DNA of 62,861 nucleotides, filler included, from Chiloscyllium plagiosum (GCF_004010195.1; 4 parts of one record of this genome joined end to end with filler, not necessarily neighbours in it), one strand, 5' to 3'. Counted from the whole stretch's first letter, positions 22,374 to 35,934 are shown. Program-made: numbers and translations. Notes: generated by a model not told the origin, from the letters alone.

Positions 22374-25300
22374 TACAGGCCTCACCACAGGGGCCTCACC
22401 ACGCAGACCTCATCACACAGACCTCACCGCACAGACCTCACCGCACAGGCCTCACTACACAGACCTCACCATGCAGACCTCACCACACAGGCCTCACCAC
22501 ACAGGCCTCACCACACAGACCTCACCGCACAGACCTCACCACGCAGACCTCACAGCACAGGCCTCACTACACAGGCCTCACCATGCAGACCGCACCGCAA
22601 AGTCCTCACCACACAGACCTCACAACACAGACCTCACCGCACAGGCCTCACTACACAGGCCTCACCACGCAGACCTCACCACGCAGACCTCATCGCACAG
22701 ACCTCACTACACAGGCCTCACCACGCAGACCTCACTACACAGGCCTCACCACGCAGACCTCACCACGCAGACCTCATCGCACAGGCCTCACCGCACAGAC
22801 CTCACCGCACAGACCTCACCACGCAGACCTCACTACACAGGCCTCACCACGCAGACCTCACCACGCAGACCTCATCGCACAGNNNCGTCACCACACAGGC
22901 CTCATCACACAGACCTCACCACACAGACGTCACCACACAGGCCTCACCACGCAGACCTCACCGCACAGGCCTCACCACGCAGACGTCACCACGCAGACCT
23001 CACTACACAGGCCTCACCACGCAGACCTCACCACGCAGACCTCATCGCACAGACCTCACTACACAGGCCTCACCACGCAGACCTCACCACGCAGACCTCA
23101 TCGCACAGGCCTCACTGCACAGTCCTCACCACGCAGACCTCATCGCACAGGCCTCACCGCACAGTCCTCACCACGCAGACCTCACCGCACAGACCTCATC
23201 GCACAGGCCTCACCGCACAGTCCTCACTATACAGGCCTCACAACACAGACCTCACCGCACCGGCCTCACCTTGCAGACCTCACAACACAGACCTCACCAC
23301 GCAGACCTCACCGCACAGGCCTCACCACGCAGACCTCACTGCACAGGCCTCACCACACAGGCGTCACCACACAGGCCTCATCACACAGACCTCACCACAC
23401 AGACGTCACCACACAGGCCTCACCACGCAGACCTCACCGCACAGGCCTCACCACACAGACGTCACCACGCAGACCTCACCACACAGGCCTCACTACACAG
23501 GCCTCACTACACAGGCCTTACCACACAGACGTCACCACGCAGACGTCACCACGCAGACCTCACTATACTGGACTCACCACACAGGCCTCACAACGCAGAC
23601 CTCACCACGCAGACCTCACAATGCAGACCTCACCACAGAGGCCTCACCACGCAGACCTCATTATACAGACCTCACCACGCAGGCCTCACCACACAGGCCT
23701 CACTACACAGGCCTCACCACACAGGCCTCACTATACAGACCTCACCACGCACAGGCCTCGCCACACAGACCTCACCACTCAGATCTCACTACACAGGCCT
23801 CACCACGCAGGCTTCACCACACAGGCCTTACCACACAGGCATCACCATACTGGCCTCACCACACAGGCCTCACCACGCAGACCTGACCACACAGGCCTCA
23901 CAACGCAGGCTTCACCACACAGGCCTTACCACACAGGCATCACCATACTGGCCTCACCACACAGACCTCACAACGCAGACCTCACCACGCAGACGTCACC
24001 ACGCAGACCTCACCACACAGACCTCACCACACAGACCTCACTATGCAGGCCTCACCACACAGACCTCACAACGCCGACCTCACCACGCAGACCTCACAAC
24101 GCAGACCTCACCACGCAGATCCCACAACACAGACCTCACCACGCAGACCTCACCACACAGACCTCACCACGCAGATCTCACCACACAGACCTCACCACAC
24201 AGGCCTCACCATACTGGACTCACCACGCAGACCTCACAATGCAGACCTCACTGCACAGACGTCACCACACAGACGTCACCACGCAGACCTCACCACGCAG
24301 ACCTCACTATACAGGCCACACCGCACAGGCCTCACCACACAGACCTCACCACACAGACCTCACAAAGCAGACCTCACCACGCAGACCTCACTATACAGGC
24401 CTCACCGCGCAGATCTCACCACGCAGACCTCACCACATAGGCCTCACCACACAGACGTCACCACGCAGATCTCACTACAAAGGCCTCATCACACAGGCCT
24501 CACACACAGGCCTCACCACACAGACGTCACCACGCAGATCTCACTACAAAGGCCTCACCACACAGGCCTCACCACACAGGCCTTACCACGCAGACCTCAC
24601 CACGCAGACCTCACAATGCAGACCTCACCACGCAGACATCACAATGCAGACCTCACTACACAGACCTCACCACACAGACCTCACCATACTGGCCTCACAG
24701 CACAGGCCTCACAACGCAGACCTCACAAAGCAGACCTCACAATGCAGACCTCACCCCAGAGGCCTCACCACGCAGACCTCATTATACAGACCTCACCATG
24801 CAGGCCTCACCACACAGGCCTCACTACACAGGCCTCACCACACAGGCCTCACCACACAGACCTCACCATACTGGCCTCACCGCACAGGCCTCACAACGCA
24901 GACCTCACAAAGCAGACCTCACAATGCAGACCTCACCACAGAGGCCTCACCACGCAGACCTCATTATACAGACCTCACCACGCAGGCCTCACCACACAGG
25001 CCTCACTACACAGGCCTCACCACACAGGCCTCACCACACAGGCCTCACTATACAGACCTCATCACGCACAGGCCTCACCATGCAGACCTCACAATGCAGA
25101 CCTCACCACGCAGACCTCACAACACAGACCTCACCACGCAGATCTCACTACACAGGCCTCACCACGCAGGCTTCACCACACAGGCCTTACCACACAGGCA
25201 TCACCACACAGACGTCACCACGCAGATCTCACTACACAGGCCTCACCACCCAGGCTTCACCACACAGATGTCACCACGCAGACCTCAGCACACAGACCTT

Positions 25301-27339
25301 ACTACACAGGCCTCATTATACAGACCTCACTATACAGGCCTCACCACACAGCCCTCACTATACAGGCCTCACCACGCAGACGTCACCACGCAGACCTCAA
25401 CACGCAGACCTCACTATACAGGCCTCACTACACAGACCTCACCACGCAGACCTCACCACGCAGACCTCACAACGCAGACCTCACCACGCAGACCTCACAA
25501 CACAGACCTCACCACGCAGACGTCACCACGCAGACCTCACTGCACAGGCCTCACCAGACAGACGTCACCAAGCAGACCTCACCGCACAGGCCTCACCACG
25601 CAGACCTCACCACACAGACGTCACCACACAGGCCTCATCACACAGACCTCACCACACAGACCTCACTACACAGGCCTCACCACGCAGACCTCACCGCACA
25701 GGCCTCACCACACAGGCCTCACCACACAGGCCTCACCACACAGACGTCACCACGCAGACCTCACTGCACAGACCTCACCACACAGACGTCACCACGCAGA
25801 CCTCACCACGCAGACCTCACTATACAGGCCTCACCACACATGCCTCACCACACAGACCTCACCACGCAGACCTCACAACGCAGACCTCACCACGCAGATC
25901 CCACAACACAGACCTCACCACGCAGACCTCACTACAAAGGCCTTACCACACAGGCCTCACTATACTGGACTCACCACACAGGCCTCACAACGCAGACCTC
26001 ACCACGCAGACCTCACAATGCAGACCTCACTACACAGACCTCACCACACAGACCTCACCACGCAGGCCTCACCGCACAGGCCTCACCACACAGACCTCAC
26101 CACACAGACCTCACTACACAGGCCTCACCACGCAGACCTCACCGCACAGGCCTCACCACACAGGCCTCACCACACAGACGTCTCCACGCAGACCTCACTG
26201 CACAGGCCTCACCACACAGACGTCACCACGCAGAACTCACCACACAGACCTCACCACAAAGACCTCACCACACAGGCCTCACCATACTGGCCTCACCGCA
26301 CAGGCCTCACAACGCAGACCTCACAAAGCAGACCTCACAACGCAGACCTCACCACAGAGGCCTCACCACGCAGACCTCATTATACAGACCTCACCACGCA
26401 GGCCTCACCACACAGGCCTCACCACGCAGACCTCACCACGCACAGGCCTCACCACGCAGACCTCACCACACAGACGTCACCACACAGGCCTCATCACACA
26501 GACCTCACCACACAGACGTCACCACACAGACCTCACCACACAGGCCTCACTACACAGGCCTCATCACACAGACGTCACTACGCAGACCTCACCACGCAGA
26601 CCTCACTATACAGGCCTCACCACACAGACCTCACCACGCAGACCTCACCACGCAGACCTCACAACGCAGACCTCACCACGCAGATCCCACAACACAGACC
26701 TCACCACGCAGACCTCACTACATAGGCCTCACCACGCAGACCTCACTACATAGGCCTCACCACGCAGACCTCACTGCTCAGGCCTCACCGCACAGATGTC
26801 ACCACGCAGACCTCACCACACAGACCTTACTACACAGGCCTCATTATACAGACCTCACTATACAGGCCTCACTATACAGGCCTCACCACACAGCCCTCAC
26901 TATACAGGCCTCACCACGCAGACGTCACCACGCAGACCTCAACACGCAGACCTCACTATACAGCCCTCACTATACAGGCCTCAGCACGCAGACCTCACCA
27001 CACAGACCTCACCACGCAGACCTCACCACACAGCCCTCGCTATACAGGCCTTACCACCCAGACCTCACCGCAAGGCCTCACTATACAGGCCTCACTACAC
27101 TGGCCTTACGACACAGACCTCACCACGCAGACCTCACCACACAGACCTCACCACACAGACGTCACCACGCAGATCTCACTACAAAGGCCTCACCACACAG
27201 GCCTCACCACGCAGATCTCACTACAAAGGCCTCACCACACAGGCCTCACCACACAGGCCTTACCACACAGGCCTCACCATACTGGCCTCACCACACAGGC
27301 CTCACCACGCAGACCTCACCACGCAGACCTCACAATGCA
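22374..27339 (+). repeat. ~5-kb 15-bp minisatellite array (CAGACCTCACCACRC / CAGGCCTCAC variants)
   Basis: Hundreds of visible units; ends in a 500-N gap; explains the long TSPHR/PHHTD/LTTQ ORFs. Confidence 0.98.
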
Positions 27340-27839
27340 NNNNNNNNNNNNNNNNNNNNNNNNNNNNNNNNNNNNNNNNNNNNNNNNNNNNNNNNNNNNN
27401 NNNNNNNNNNNNNNNNNNNNNNNNNNNNNNNNNNNNNNNNNNNNNNNNNNNNNNNNNNNNNNNNNNNNNNNNNNNNNNNNNNNNNNNNNNNNNNNNNNNN
27501 NNNNNNNNNNNNNNNNNNNNNNNNNNNNNNNNNNNNNNNNNNNNNNNNNNNNNNNNNNNNNNNNNNNNNNNNNNNNNNNNNNNNNNNNNNNNNNNNNNNN
27601 NNNNNNNNNNNNNNNNNNNNNNNNNNNNNNNNNNNNNNNNNNNNNNNNNNNNNNNNNNNNNNNNNNNNNNNNNNNNNNNNNNNNNNNNNNNNNNNNNNNN
27701 NNNNNNNNNNNNNNNNNNNNNNNNNNNNNNNNNNNNNNNNNNNNNNNNNNNNNNNNNNNNNNNNNNNNNNNNNNNNNNNNNNNNNNNNNNNNNNNNNNNN
27801 NNNNNNNNNNNNNNNNNNNNNNNNNNNNNNNNNNNNNNN

Positions 27840-28320
27840 GTAGATGACATTGGGAGAGGTTCAGGTACATTTCTGACGGATGTGGAAGGATCCCTTGGGG
27901 CCTTGGACGGAGGCGAGGAGAGTGGTGTGGGCGCAGGTGTCTGCAAGTTGCATCTGGGTTCAGTGGTGTAGAGGTCAGTGCGCCACACTACTACTGTCGT
28001 CCCCTTGTCGGTATGTTTGATGGTAAAATTGGGGTTGGAGCAGAGGGTGTGGAGGGCTGCGTGTTGTGAGGGCGGGAGAATGGAGTGGGGGAGGAGCTGT
28101 AGACAGGTTGAGGCAATCGATGTCACAGCGGCAGAAACCTTTGCTGAGGACTAAACATTTGTCCTCAGTGAGGGGGAGGTCTGGGGGAATGGTAAACACA
28201 TGGCAGGGCTTGGAGCTAGAAGCTGGGGTAGAGCTGGAGCTGGAGATGTGTTGGGGGGGGGGGCACAGATACTCACTTGAGTGTGATGATAGGGTCAGGA
28301 GTGATGTCACCAAGGGGGCG
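27840..28320 (-). mobile_element. Penelope-like fragments inverted relative to the adjacent copy
   Basis: ALHTLCSNPNFTIKHTDKGTTVVVWRTDLY and IPPDLPLTEDKCLVLSKG match the Penelope ORF N-terminal/pre-RT region (KPADKG motif). Confidence 0.75.
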
Positions 28321-28329
28321 GAAGTGGGG

Positions 28330-29410
28330 CCCATAGCGAAATTCCCTCATTCCCAATTCCTCTGCCTCCACTGCACCTGTTCCCAGGATGACCAATTCTA
28401 CCTTAGAAAATCCTGGGTGGCCTCCTTTTTCCAAGATCGTAATTTCCCCTCCCACATGGTTGACGATGCCCTCCAGTGCATCTCCTGCACATCCCACCCT
28501 TGATCCCCACTCCTCCCAACGAAACAAGGACAGAACCCCCTGGTCCTCACCTTCCACCCCACCAACTTCCGCATAAACCACATCATCCTCCACCATTTCC
28601 ACCACCTACAAACAGGCCCCACCACCGGAGATATATTCTCCACCCCACACCTATCAGCGTTCCAGAGAGACCATCCCCTCTGTGACTCCCTCGTCAGGTC
28701 CATGCCCCCCACCAGCCCTCGCCCCACTCACGGCACCTTCCCCTGCCACCACAGGAAGTGCAAAACCTGTGCCCACACCACTCCCCTCACCTCCATCCAA
28801 GGCCCCAATGTCATCTACTGTATCCGTTGCTCCCGGTGTGGTCTCCTCTACGTCAGGGAGACAGGATACCTTCTTGCAGATCATTTCAGAGAACATCATT
28901 GGGACACCCGCACCCTCCAACCCCACAGCCCTGTGACCGAACACATCAACTCCCCCTCCCACTCCACCAAGGACATGCGGGTCCTGGGCCTCCTCCATCA
29001 CCAAACTGTTACCACCCGATGCCTGGAGGAGGAGGAATGCCTCATATTCCGCTTTGGGACCCTGCAGCCATACGGGATCAATGTGGATTTCACCAGTTTC
29101 CTCATCTCCCCTCCCTCCACATTATCCCAGTCCCAAGCCTCCAACACGGCACCGCCCTCCAGACCTGTCCATCACCTTTCTCACCAATCCACTCCACCCT
29201 CCTCTCCTACCTATCACCTTCACTCCCACCTTCATCTGCCTATCACATTTCCAGCTCCCTTCCCCTTCCCATTTATCTCTCAGCACACAAGCCTCATTCC
29301 TTTTGACGAAATGTCAATTTTCCTGCTCCCCGGATGCTGCCTGACCTGCTGTGCTTTTCCAGCAACACTCTCGACTCTGATCTCCAGCATCTGCAGACCT
29401 CACCTTCTCT
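28330..29410 (+). mobile_element. Penelope-like element 3' half (RT thumb, GIY-YIG and tail)
   Basis: FPHSQFLCL; CHHRKCKTC; NVIYCIRCSRCGLLYVRETG...HINSPSHS...LIFRFGTLQPYGINVDF. Confidence 0.92.
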
Positions 29411-29824
29411 AGCTGAGGTGGGTAGGATCCTGAAGGGGTAACACAAGGGGAGACTGTTTACCCCTGGCCTGGAGAATGGTCAACAGGCCACAGTCTGGAT
29501 AAAGGGCCTGGAAGGGAAAGCCATGCCTGCACTCAGAGGGTAGTGTATCTTTGGAATTCTCCCCCCACCCCCCCACCACCCCGGGGGATTTTGATGCTCC
29601 CGTCTCCAATATGAAGAAGCTGGGTCAGACAGTTTTTTTTATCTCTTGGGGGAACTCGAAGGATAAGGGTGGGGAAGTGGAGTTAAAACCAAGGACAGTC
29701 ATGTGCTTATTGAATGGATAAACAGAATAGATGGCTGAGAAGTCTCCTTCTGTTCCGGACACTATTTTCCTGATTGTCTACTTTTAGCCAGTGCTACCTC
29801 ACATGACAGTGGTCCCCTGTAATT

Positions 29825-29912
29825 TACCAATCACTGTACTGGGGGTGGGACTGAGTGACCAATCACTGGGGGAGGTGGAGGGGGACTGAGTGACCAATCA
29901 CTGGGGGTGGAG
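29825..29912 (+). repeat. Short ~35-bp tandem repeat (GGGACTGAGTGACCAATCACTGGGGG...) at a contig end
   Basis: 2-3 visible copies before the spacer. Confidence 0.7.
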
Positions 29913-30012
29913 NNNNNNNNNNNNNNNNNNNNNNNNNNNNNNNNNNNNNNNNNNNNTTAATTAATTAANNNNNNNNNNNNNNNNNNNNNNNNNNNNNNNN
30001 NNNNNNNNNNNN
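29913..30012. other. Artificial contig-joining spacer N44-TTAATTAATTAA-N44
   Basis: Exactly 100 bp, six-frame stop core, identical at three sites. Confidence 0.97.
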
Positions 30013-31703
30013 GGACTCAAAAACGTCACTGCAGACGGAGTCCGCGTCCTCCCCGGTGTCCGCCACTGATCCCGAACCCTCCTCCGGGTGGTCGCCCTCG
30101 GTCACCGACCCCTCCCCCACCGAGAGGATGGGGGCTGGTCCGGCGCCGCCAACTGGCCTCAAACCCCCGGCGACCCCACCCCCAGGGTCACCAGCAGTAC
30201 CTTCCTCGGCGCACCCCTTCCCGGAACGCCCCGAGTTCAGGTCGTCGGGCGGCAGAGGCTCGGGGCCCCGCTCCTCTCCCGACACCGGGATGCCTGGCTC
30301 CTCGGGGAAAAGGTCATCCCCCAGGGCCAAGGCCCCCGGAAAAACAGTCTGGGAGGGAGGAGCGAGGATAACACCCTCCTCCCCTCGACGACCCAGCAGA
30401 GGGTCCTCCATCATCGCCCTCACCGTGGCCCATGTTGTTGTTAAAGTCCTCCCCAGGGGCAGGAGGAGTTGAGGCAGGAGAAGGCCCTGCTGTAGCCCCT
30501 GGGGGTTGGGGTAGGTCAGGCCACGGTGCGGGACAGTCGAGAGGCACCGTTGGCTCATCCCCTGGAGAGGGGCAGCACCACCAGCCCACTGCTGGCACAT
30601 CTCTCCCCTCCAAGGGTCAATGCATCTTCCCCAGAGAGACCGGGGGGAATTTATGGGCCTTCCCCTCCCTGCCCACCTCGGTGGTCATGGGGCCCGGGGT
30701 CCCCCCCCCCCCAGCCTTTCCCGGAATACGATTGGCTGGGGGAAGACAGGGGGTGTGGCAGGGTGGGGAGGGTCAGCCGTGTCACTTCCTGCCCCGCCCC
30801 TGGTTTATCAGGTGACAGCAGAGCAGGGCAGAGGCCCAGTTCCCTCTCTGGGGACCAGAGACACGGTGGCTGGGCTGGGCCGGGCCGGGACCGGGGTGAC
30901 GCTGGCATGGCCGCAGGGGCATTGTCGTGCTGGGGCAGGGCAGGTTGTGGGTTAGGTGTCGGTGAAGGGGAAAGGGTGGTCTCCCCGTGGGCAGGCCTGA
31001 CGTGTCGCGTCTTCTGGCCGGTCGGACGCTCACCCCCCTCCCTGCCAGAGGCTGGAGCATTGCAAGCCCCTGGCGCCGGGGCCTGTGGTGTTGACTTTGG
31101 GGGAGGGGGAGTGGGTGCGGTGACACCACCATCAGCTGTTGGTGTGGGCTGGGCAGCTTTCTGGGTGGGGCAGTTTTTCCTTATGTGCCCCACCTCGCGG
31201 CACAGGTGGCACCGCACGCCGTCCAGAAGGAGGACGGTGAAAGAGCCCTCGGTGACCTCCTCCCGGGCCAGGCAAATAAACACCTGGCGTCGGAAGGAGT
31301 AAACGTGTCTGAGGGCAGGGTCCTTCAGACCGAGCAGGAGCGGCTGGACCCCTGACCGGATCTCCCCCAGGGTGGTGAGGTGGGGGAGAAGGAACTCACT
31401 GGGAATGAAGGGCGGGACGTCGGAGATCACGACCCTCTGGGCCGTAACCTCCAGAGGGTCGATGGGCAAATGTGTCCCGCCCACAGCGAGCCCCCTCTCC
31501 ACGGCCAGGTGGACCGCCTGCTCGGTCTTCAGGAAAAATACGGCCTTCCCGTACATCCGGGCCGCAGCGACGATGGCCAGTGGGCCGACCACACTAGCCA
31601 TGGCCCTGCTGCAGGCCTCGATGGTCATATTGGGGTGGGGATAGGCCTTGACCCCCAGGCGTCTGAAGGGGGTCGTGGTTGCAGTGTTTTCTTTCTCCTC
31701 CAT
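30013..31703 (-). mobile_element. Tx1-type (L1 clade) LINE ORF1 with CCHC zinc knuckle and proline-rich tail
   Basis: LGVKAYPHPNMTIEACSRAMASVVGPLAIVAAARMYGKAVFFLK...VPPFIP...HVYSFRRQVFI...CHLCREVGHIRKNC; GC- and CpG-rich. Confidence 0.88.
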
Positions 31704-31924
31704 TCAGCCTGATCTCCTCTATTCACTGCTCACAATGTGGTCTCCTTTACATCGCTGAGATAAAAGACAGACTCGATGAGTACTTTGTGGAACAGCCCTG
31801 CTCTGTCTGGAAGCATGATCCCTGAACTTCCTGTGGGTGGACGGTCAGTCAGTGACAGCCTGCTGTATTATTGGTGGACTGTTAATCCAAACGCACAAGG
31901 TATGTTCTCAGGACACCAGCTTAT

Positions 31925-32480
31925 CCATGGACACCCACACCAACCAACCCCACCGCCCCATGGCCAAACACTTCAACTCCCCCTCCCAATCTGTCAAAGA
32001 CATGCAGGTCCTGGGCCTCCTCCATCGCCACTCCCTTACCAACCAATGCCTGGAGGAAGTTCGTCTCATTTTCCCCCTCAGAACCCTCTAACCCCATGGG
32101 ATCAATGTGGATTTCACCAGTTTCCTTATTTCCCTCCGCCCACCTTACCCCAATTCCAACCTTCCAGCTCAGCACTGCTCTCATGACCTGTCCTCTACCT
32201 GTCCACCTTCCCTCCCACCTATCCACTCCACCCTCCTCTCTCACCTATCACCTTTACCCCCACCTCCATTCACCTAATGCACTCTAAGCTACCTTCCCCT
32301 CCACCCCAAACCCCCTCCCATTTATCTCTCTACCCCCTTGGCCCACAAGCCTCATTCCAGATGAAGGGCCTTTGCCTGAAACGTCGATTCTCCTGCTCCT
32401 CGGATGCTGCCTGACCTGCTGTGCTTTTCCAGCACCACACTCTCGATTCTGGTCTCCAGCATCTGCAGTCCTCACTTTCA
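31925..32480 (+). mobile_element. Penelope 3' end (GIY-YIG C-terminus plus tail); hammerhead at ~32355-32390 has a core mutation (CAGATGA)
   Basis: HTNQPHRPMAKHFNSPSQSVKDMQVLGLL; ATTCCAGATGAAGGGCCTTTGCCTGAAACGTC. Confidence 0.9.
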
Positions 32481-32481
32481 A

Positions 32482-32860
32482 CAAGTTTATCTTCTGCCAT
32501 GATCAATATCAGACTGTAGGCTGAGGCCATCCTCCTCACTATCAATACCACCACTGATTATTGTGTCATCTGAAAATAGACTAATTATACCACGTACATT
32601 CACATCCAGGTAGTTAATGTACATGACAAACAGCAGGGGTCCCAGCCCCAGCCCCAGTCCCTGTGATACACCGCTGGGGCCAGGCTTCCTTTCACAGACA
32701 CAGCCCTCCACCATTACCCTTTGCCTCCTGTTTGGAAGCCAGTTAGGGATCCAGTTTGCCAACTTGCCTTGGATCCCATTGGCTGTTAGTTTTGGACCAG
32801 CCTTCCATCTGGGACCTTGTCAAAGACCTTACAGAACTCCATGTAAACCACATCAACTGG
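32482..32860 (-). mobile_element. CR1 RT fragment
   Basis: WIPNWLPNRRQRV...GPLLFVMYINYLD...FSDDT. Confidence 0.88.
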
Positions 32861-32869
32861 GTTTGCGTT

Positions 32870-33610
32870 CAGACCTGGTCGGCTTGTTACAGGAAGGATG
32901 CAGAAGCTTTAGTGAGGAGATTTACCAAGATGCTGCCTGGACTGGAGGGTGTGTCTTGGTTGAAGGAGTTAAGGCTTTTCTCATTAGAGTAAAGAAAGAT
33001 GAGAGGTGACTTGATAGAGGTGTACAAGATATTGACAGGCATAGATAGAGTGGATAGCCAGAAATAAGAGTGTGGTGCTGGAAAAGCACAACTGGTCAGG
33101 CTGCATCCGAGGAGCAGGAAAATCAACATTTTGAGCATAAGCCCTTTATCAGGAATGATTCTTCTGAAGGGTTTTTACCCAAAACTTCGGTTATCCTGCC
33201 CCTTGGATATTGCCTGACCTGCTGTGCTTTTCCAGCACCACGCCCTCGACTCTGATCTCCGATCTCCAGCATCTGCAATCCTCACTTTCTCCTAAATAAT
33301 CGAGACACTTTCCCAGGGCAGAAATGTTTTCCACGAGGGGCATAATTTTAAGGTGATTGGAGGAAGATTTAGTGGAGAAGTCAGAGGTCGGTTCTTTACA
33401 TCAAGAGGGGTGGGTTGGTGAAATGCCCTGCCAGCGGTGGGAGTAGAGTCAGAGACATTTGGGACATTTAAGCGACACTTGGATAAGCATTTGGAAGACA
33501 GTACAATGAAAGATATGCAGGTTAGTTTGATCTTAGAGTGGGATAAAATGCTGGCACAACATTGAGGACCGAAGGGCCTGTACTGTGCTGTACTGTTCTA
33601 TGTTCCATGT
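32870..33610 (+). mobile_element. CR1 3' end containing a Penelope inverted tail pair (~33065-33295)
   Basis: RRFTKMLPGLEG motif; fold-back tails with decayed hammerheads meeting at ~33155. Confidence 0.85.
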
Positions 33611-33649
33611 GCTATATTCGATGTTCTAACTGCACTATCCATTGGTAGA

Positions 33650-33950
33650 TGGGGTCGTGGAATTCAAAACATCAACGTGCTAGTCAGCGTCAGAAAGGCA
33701 GGATAGCTCAGATGAATATGTGGCTTGAAGGATGGAGCAAGAGGGAGGAATTCAAATTCCTGGGACATTGGAACTGGTTCTGAGGGAATTGGGACCAGTA
33801 CAAATCAGAGGTCTGCACCTAGGTAGGACTAGAACCAATGTCCAAGGGAGACCGTTTGCTAGTGCTGTTAGGACTAATATGGTTTCAACTAATATGGCAG
33901 GGGGATGGAAACCAATGCAGGAAGTTGGAGGGAAGTGAAGCAGGGACAGA
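33650..33950 (+). mobile_element. CR1 ORF1 SGNH-esterase fragment
   Basis: MNMWLEGWSKREEFKFLGHWNWF*GNWDQYKSEGLHLGRTRTNV resembles the DGLHL esterase block of CR1 ORF1. Confidence 0.7.
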
Positions 33951-34049
33951 AATAAAAGGACAGTGACGGGAAAAGTGGAAGTGGAAGGCAGAGAAACCAA
34001 AAACAACAATCAAAAAGGGTCACATTTCATAATGATTCTAAAGGGCGAT

Positions 34050-34340
34050 AAATGCTGTGGTTCTGTTCGCCGAGCTGGAAGTTTTTGTTGCAAACGTTTC
34101 ATCCCCTGGCTAGGCGACATCATCAGTGCTTGGGAGCCTCCTGCGAAGTGCTTCTGTGGTGTTTCCTCCGGTGTTTATAGTGGTCTGTCCCTGCCACTTC
34201 CGGTTGTCAGTTTCAGCTGTCCGCTGTAGTGGTTGGTATATTGGGTCCAGGTCGATGTGTTTGTTGATGGAGTTTGTGGATGAATGCCATGACTCTAGGA
34301 ATTCCCTGGCTGTTCTCTGTCTGGCTTGACCTATAATATT
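34050..34340 (-). mobile_element. Penelope family-D 3' end (GIY-YIG C-terminus plus hammerhead)
   Basis: IIGQARQRTAREFLESWHSSTNSINKHIDLDPIYQPL is a typical Penelope C-terminus. Confidence 0.85.
34090..34129 (-). ncRNA. Minimal hammerhead motif (family D)
   Basis: Minus GCA-CTGATGA-T-GTCGCC-TAGCCA-GGGGAT-GAAA-C-GTT-TGC; stem I GCA/TGC; ACGT palindrome. Confidence 0.68.
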
Positions 34341-34820
34341 CTCCTTTTCCTGAGTGAACACTGATGAGAAATGTTCATGTAGCACCTCTCCCATCTCTAC
34401 AGGGTCTACACTCAACTTCCCACTTCTGTCTTTGACTGGCCCTATTCCTACCCTAATCATCCTTTTATTCCTCAAATACCTATAGAAAACTTTAGGGTTC
34501 TCTTTTATTCTATTTGCTAAAGACTGCTCGTGTCCTCTCTTTGCTCTTCTTAACTCTCTCTTTAAATCCTTCCTAGCTGATCTGTAATTCTCCATCACCT
34601 CATCTGTCCCAAATACTTCAAGAGGGAGCTGGATGTGGCCTTTGCAGCTAAGGGGTCGAGGGGTGTGGAGAGAAAGCGGGAGTGGGCAACTGAAATTGCA
34701 AGATCAGCCATGATCGTATTGAATGGTGGAGCAGAATCCAAGGGCTGAATGGAATACTCCTGACCGGCTGTGCTTTTCCAGAACCACACTCCAGCCTACT
34801 CCTGCATCTATTTTCTATGC
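34340..34820. mobile_element. CR1 fragments (minus-strand ORF2 piece to ~34605, then plus-strand 3' tail)
   Basis: RELRRAKRGHEQSLANRIKENPK motif; CR1 3' UTR motif. Confidence 0.8.
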
Positions 34821-35234
34821 TTCTACCTGCTTTTATCTGCAGTTCTGAGAGTTTGCTCTTGGCAAAATTTCCAAATTAAATTTCGCACTTTAATTGCTGT
34901 ATTAATTTACTATAGTGATCTCCTTTAAACTGTAATTTCAGGTCCATTCTGTAATCCTCTGCCCTTCCTGGGAGTCTGTTTCATAACTTTGTAACTCCCC
35001 TTTCCGGTCCATAACTTTTCCTCCATGGCATCTCCCTCCCTTTGCATTTCCACTTTGTCTCATCTCACAAGGACTAGTTATCTCTGTAAGGGCCTGTATT
35101 CTAAACCTGTTTCTCCTTCACTTCCTACCTCACTTCCCAGTTCCTCCATAAGTCAGCATGACCCCCACCCACCCACGGCTTTTCTTGTAATCTTCTTTGC
35201 TGGTTAAATTTACTAATTTTCCTCTTTTTTTCAG

Positions 35235-35337
35235 AGAATATGTGAAGGATCTGCTGGAGAGTGGCCGGGAGAAATTCCTGGTGTTTGGGCATCACCAGCT
35301 GGTACTAGATGCGTTGTGTGAGACTCTAGGAGAGAAG
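35235..35337 (+). CDS. SMARCAL1: Internal coding exon of SMARCAL1 (SNF2-family annealing helicase, C-terminal helicase lobe)
   Basis: Polypyrimidine-TCAG acceptor, 103-bp exon, AAG|GTAA donor; encodes [34 protein letters not shown] versus recalled human [34 protein letters not shown]. Confidence 0.95.
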
Positions 35338-35371
35338 GTAACATTTTTGGGTATAGAGTTCCGATGGACTG

Positions 35372-35934
35372 TGTTATGGGGACAGGCCAGACCTCCTCAA
35401 AATATTTTAAGGAGGTAGCTCAAACCCTAACCTTTTCTTATTTTAAAGGCAGGTGTGATGATGTAACTGGTCAAACCACTCAGTTTTAAGCAAAACAGAA
35501 TTTATTTAAATATTAAGTTGAAACACAAAAAAGAAAGTGGAATTTAGAGTAACTTAACTATTGGAAAATTTAACTGACCTGATACAGTAACTATTGCAGA
35601 TAACTGTTCCAGTACAGTAACATCACATAAACACACCCCTTGGCAAAAATATAAATTCAAACACAGATTCTTACAGGCAGAAGGGAATAACATCCAGAGA
35701 GAGATTTCAGAGAAAGTCAGAGGAATCCTTTACTGAAGCTTGCAATACTTTTGAACTCATGCATCTTGTGACTGCTGCAGCAAAAAAAACTAGGAAAAAC
35801 TCGAACTGGGAGAACCGGCCACTCCCTTTCCATTATTAAACTCCTGAGACTCCTCAGCACTTCTGCCCTTACAACCCCTCTTCAAACAAAAACCAACGAG
35901 AAAATAACCTTTTTAAGGTGAAAGCATTGTTACA
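35372..35934 (-). mobile_element. Probable solo LTR
   Basis: TGTTA...TTACA termini, near-matching 4-bp flanks ACTG/ATTG, AATAAA on minus strand near 35501, related copy at ~6785-7375. Confidence 0.65.

Noticed and set aside
22357..27971. Very long ORFs (509-1454 aa) as a His/Pro-rich protein gene
   Set aside because: They are translations of the 15-bp array, open in all three + frames, partly running through Ns, with no splice signals or unique domain.
29957..29968. TTAATTAATTAA as a homeodomain site or piggyBac TTAA target
   Set aside because: Embedded symmetrically in Ns three times; an assembly spacer.
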